Of a stretch of DNA of 32,000 bases, positions 31,161 through 32,000 are shown one piece after another. Positions within the stretch are counted from its first letter, which is position 1; every line of letters begins with the position of its first letter. The notes below the pieces were generated by a model, which saw only the letters and a list, made by a program, of their open reading frames with translations, was not told the DNA's origin and did not search any database. The translations under genes and the position numbers were made by a program. Source of the DNA: Planctomycetales bacterium (GTDB lineage: Bacteria > 4484-113 > JAFGCY01); assembly GCA_022646745.1 (NCBI GenBank), contig CP060262.1, forward strand, positions 870,001-902,000. Reading direction: 5' to 3'.

Positions 31161-31282
31161 CCTGCCCATCCCACATCCCGCATCCCGCATTCCTGCAATG
31201 CCGGTTGCCAACTGCATTCTGCTCCCAGGAAGTGCGACTCGCGCCGCAGCTCCATTGCCGGAATGGTATCCGGCCTCCTGCC

Positions 31283-31810
31283 TCAGTCCAACGGCGTTGC
31301 TTCCTTCGCCGCCGGCAGGTAGTCCACCGGCTGGCGGTACTCATGCACGGACAGTTCCCAGCTCTCGGGCCACTGCCTGTCATCCTCAGTTCTCGCCGGC
31401 AGGTGGGACAGCTCAATCCGCCACAGCCTGTCAGCCGCGAACCACTCACAGACACCGTTACCCATGTGCTCGCTCCAGCCCCGCCCCCTGAGCTGCCCGG
31501 CGATGTCGCGCTGCGCAGCGTCGAAACTGCCGGCGTAGGCGAAGCCGACGTGCCAGGAGCGGCCTTCGTTGGCAACGCCCATGCTGTCGACCGGGTGCCA
31601 GGGGTGGCTCTCGGCGAGCATCGTGCGATTGAGCTCCAGGCTGGCAGGCAGCGCTGCCGCACTGGCCCCGCGCGGGGCATGCAGCCAGCCAGGCGGCCAG
31701 TCCGGGGGATACTGCACCGGGGCCGGATTGCGCGACAGGGCGAACACGGACGCGAGCGTGCCCAGCAGGGCCAGCCCGACGATCAGCGGCAGCAATCGCA
31801 TCCATTTCAT
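31283..31810 (-). CDS. Secreted hypothetical protein
   Basis: The signal peptide is MKWMRLLPLIVGLALLGTLASVFALS. The overlapping alternative frames are Arg/Pro/Ala-rich junk. No family was recognised. Confidence 0.6.
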   Translation of the reverse strand: MKWMRLLPLIVGLALLGTLASVFALSRNPAPVQYPPDWPPGWLHAPRGASAAALPASLELNRTMLAESHPWHPVDSMGVANEGRSWHVGFAYAGSFDAAQRDIAGQLRGRGWSEHMGNGVCEWFAADRLWRIELSHLPARTEDDRQWPESWELSVHEYRQPVDYLPAAKEATPLD

Positions 31811-31904
31811 CCCGGATACTATGACGCCTGTGCTGGCGGAATTGGTTCGTCGGGGCGAACTGCCCTGCGATCAGCGGAACTTCAGACTGCCAGACCGGTG
31901 TAAA

Positions 31905-32000
31905 TCAGAACTGCACCTTTGCCAGCATTGCATCAAGGTCGCCCGCATCCGGTGTGTCATCCGTGCCCAGAGGCAGGTCCTCGAAAGCAAGGCTGATGTC
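31905..32000 (-). CDS. Possible 3' end of a gene that begins beyond the window
   Basis: The minus-strand frame is open from the window edge and reads DISLAFEDLPLGTDDTPDAGDLDAMLAKVQF, ending at the stop 31905-31907. It is too short to evaluate. Confidence 0.25.
   Translation of the reverse strand, partial: DISLAFEDLPLGTDDTPDAGDLDAMLAKVQF

Noticed and set aside
31081-31903. Alternative ORFs 31081-31680 (-), 31205-31903 (+) and 31458-31805 (-) overlapping 31283-31810
   Set aside because: They are Arg/Pro/Ala-rich with no signal peptide or motifs. The chosen minus-strand frame has a clear signal peptide and balanced composition.

Overview
High-GC (about 60-65% by eye) bacterial chromosomal fragment from a diderm organism, judged from an Omp85-type barrel, a porin-like barrel and many lipobox lipoproteins. 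Recognisable genes are few: dihydroorotase pyrC (4949-6397, -), HslU (15131-16555, +), an Omp85/BamA-family barrel (6452-8005, -), a MocR/GntR-type regulator (11418-12950, +) and a beta-lactamase-fold serine hydrolase (29839-30948, +). The rest is envelope or secreted accessory content that I cannot place in characterised families. (i) A head-to-tail array of four genes (3-4089) carries five copies of an unrecognised ~200-aa secreted domain, joined or terminated by GG[EQ][WF]xGG aromatic-glycine repeats. (ii) Seven lipoproteins (8169-27798) are built combinatorially from a shared ~95-aa N-terminal module, dockerin-like repeats, Fn3-like and PKD-like domains, DUF5666-like modules with poly-Gly linkers, and a roughly 7-bladed G-x-P-A-[VI]-x-[YF] propeller-like repeat. 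(iii) The intergenic DNA is unusual. It holds exact 8-nt-period word arrays (GTCAA/TGAC, ACGGA, CACCA and others) starting at or just after stop codons. It also holds a 650-nt non-coding stretch made of 7-9-nt tandem words, a canonical G-quadruplex motif, and a 57-58-nt REP/BIME-like double hairpin with GTAG heads present twice. No rRNA, tRNA, CRISPR array, transposase, integrase or phage gene was recognised. All family assignments come from motif recognition by eye and need HMM or structure searches.
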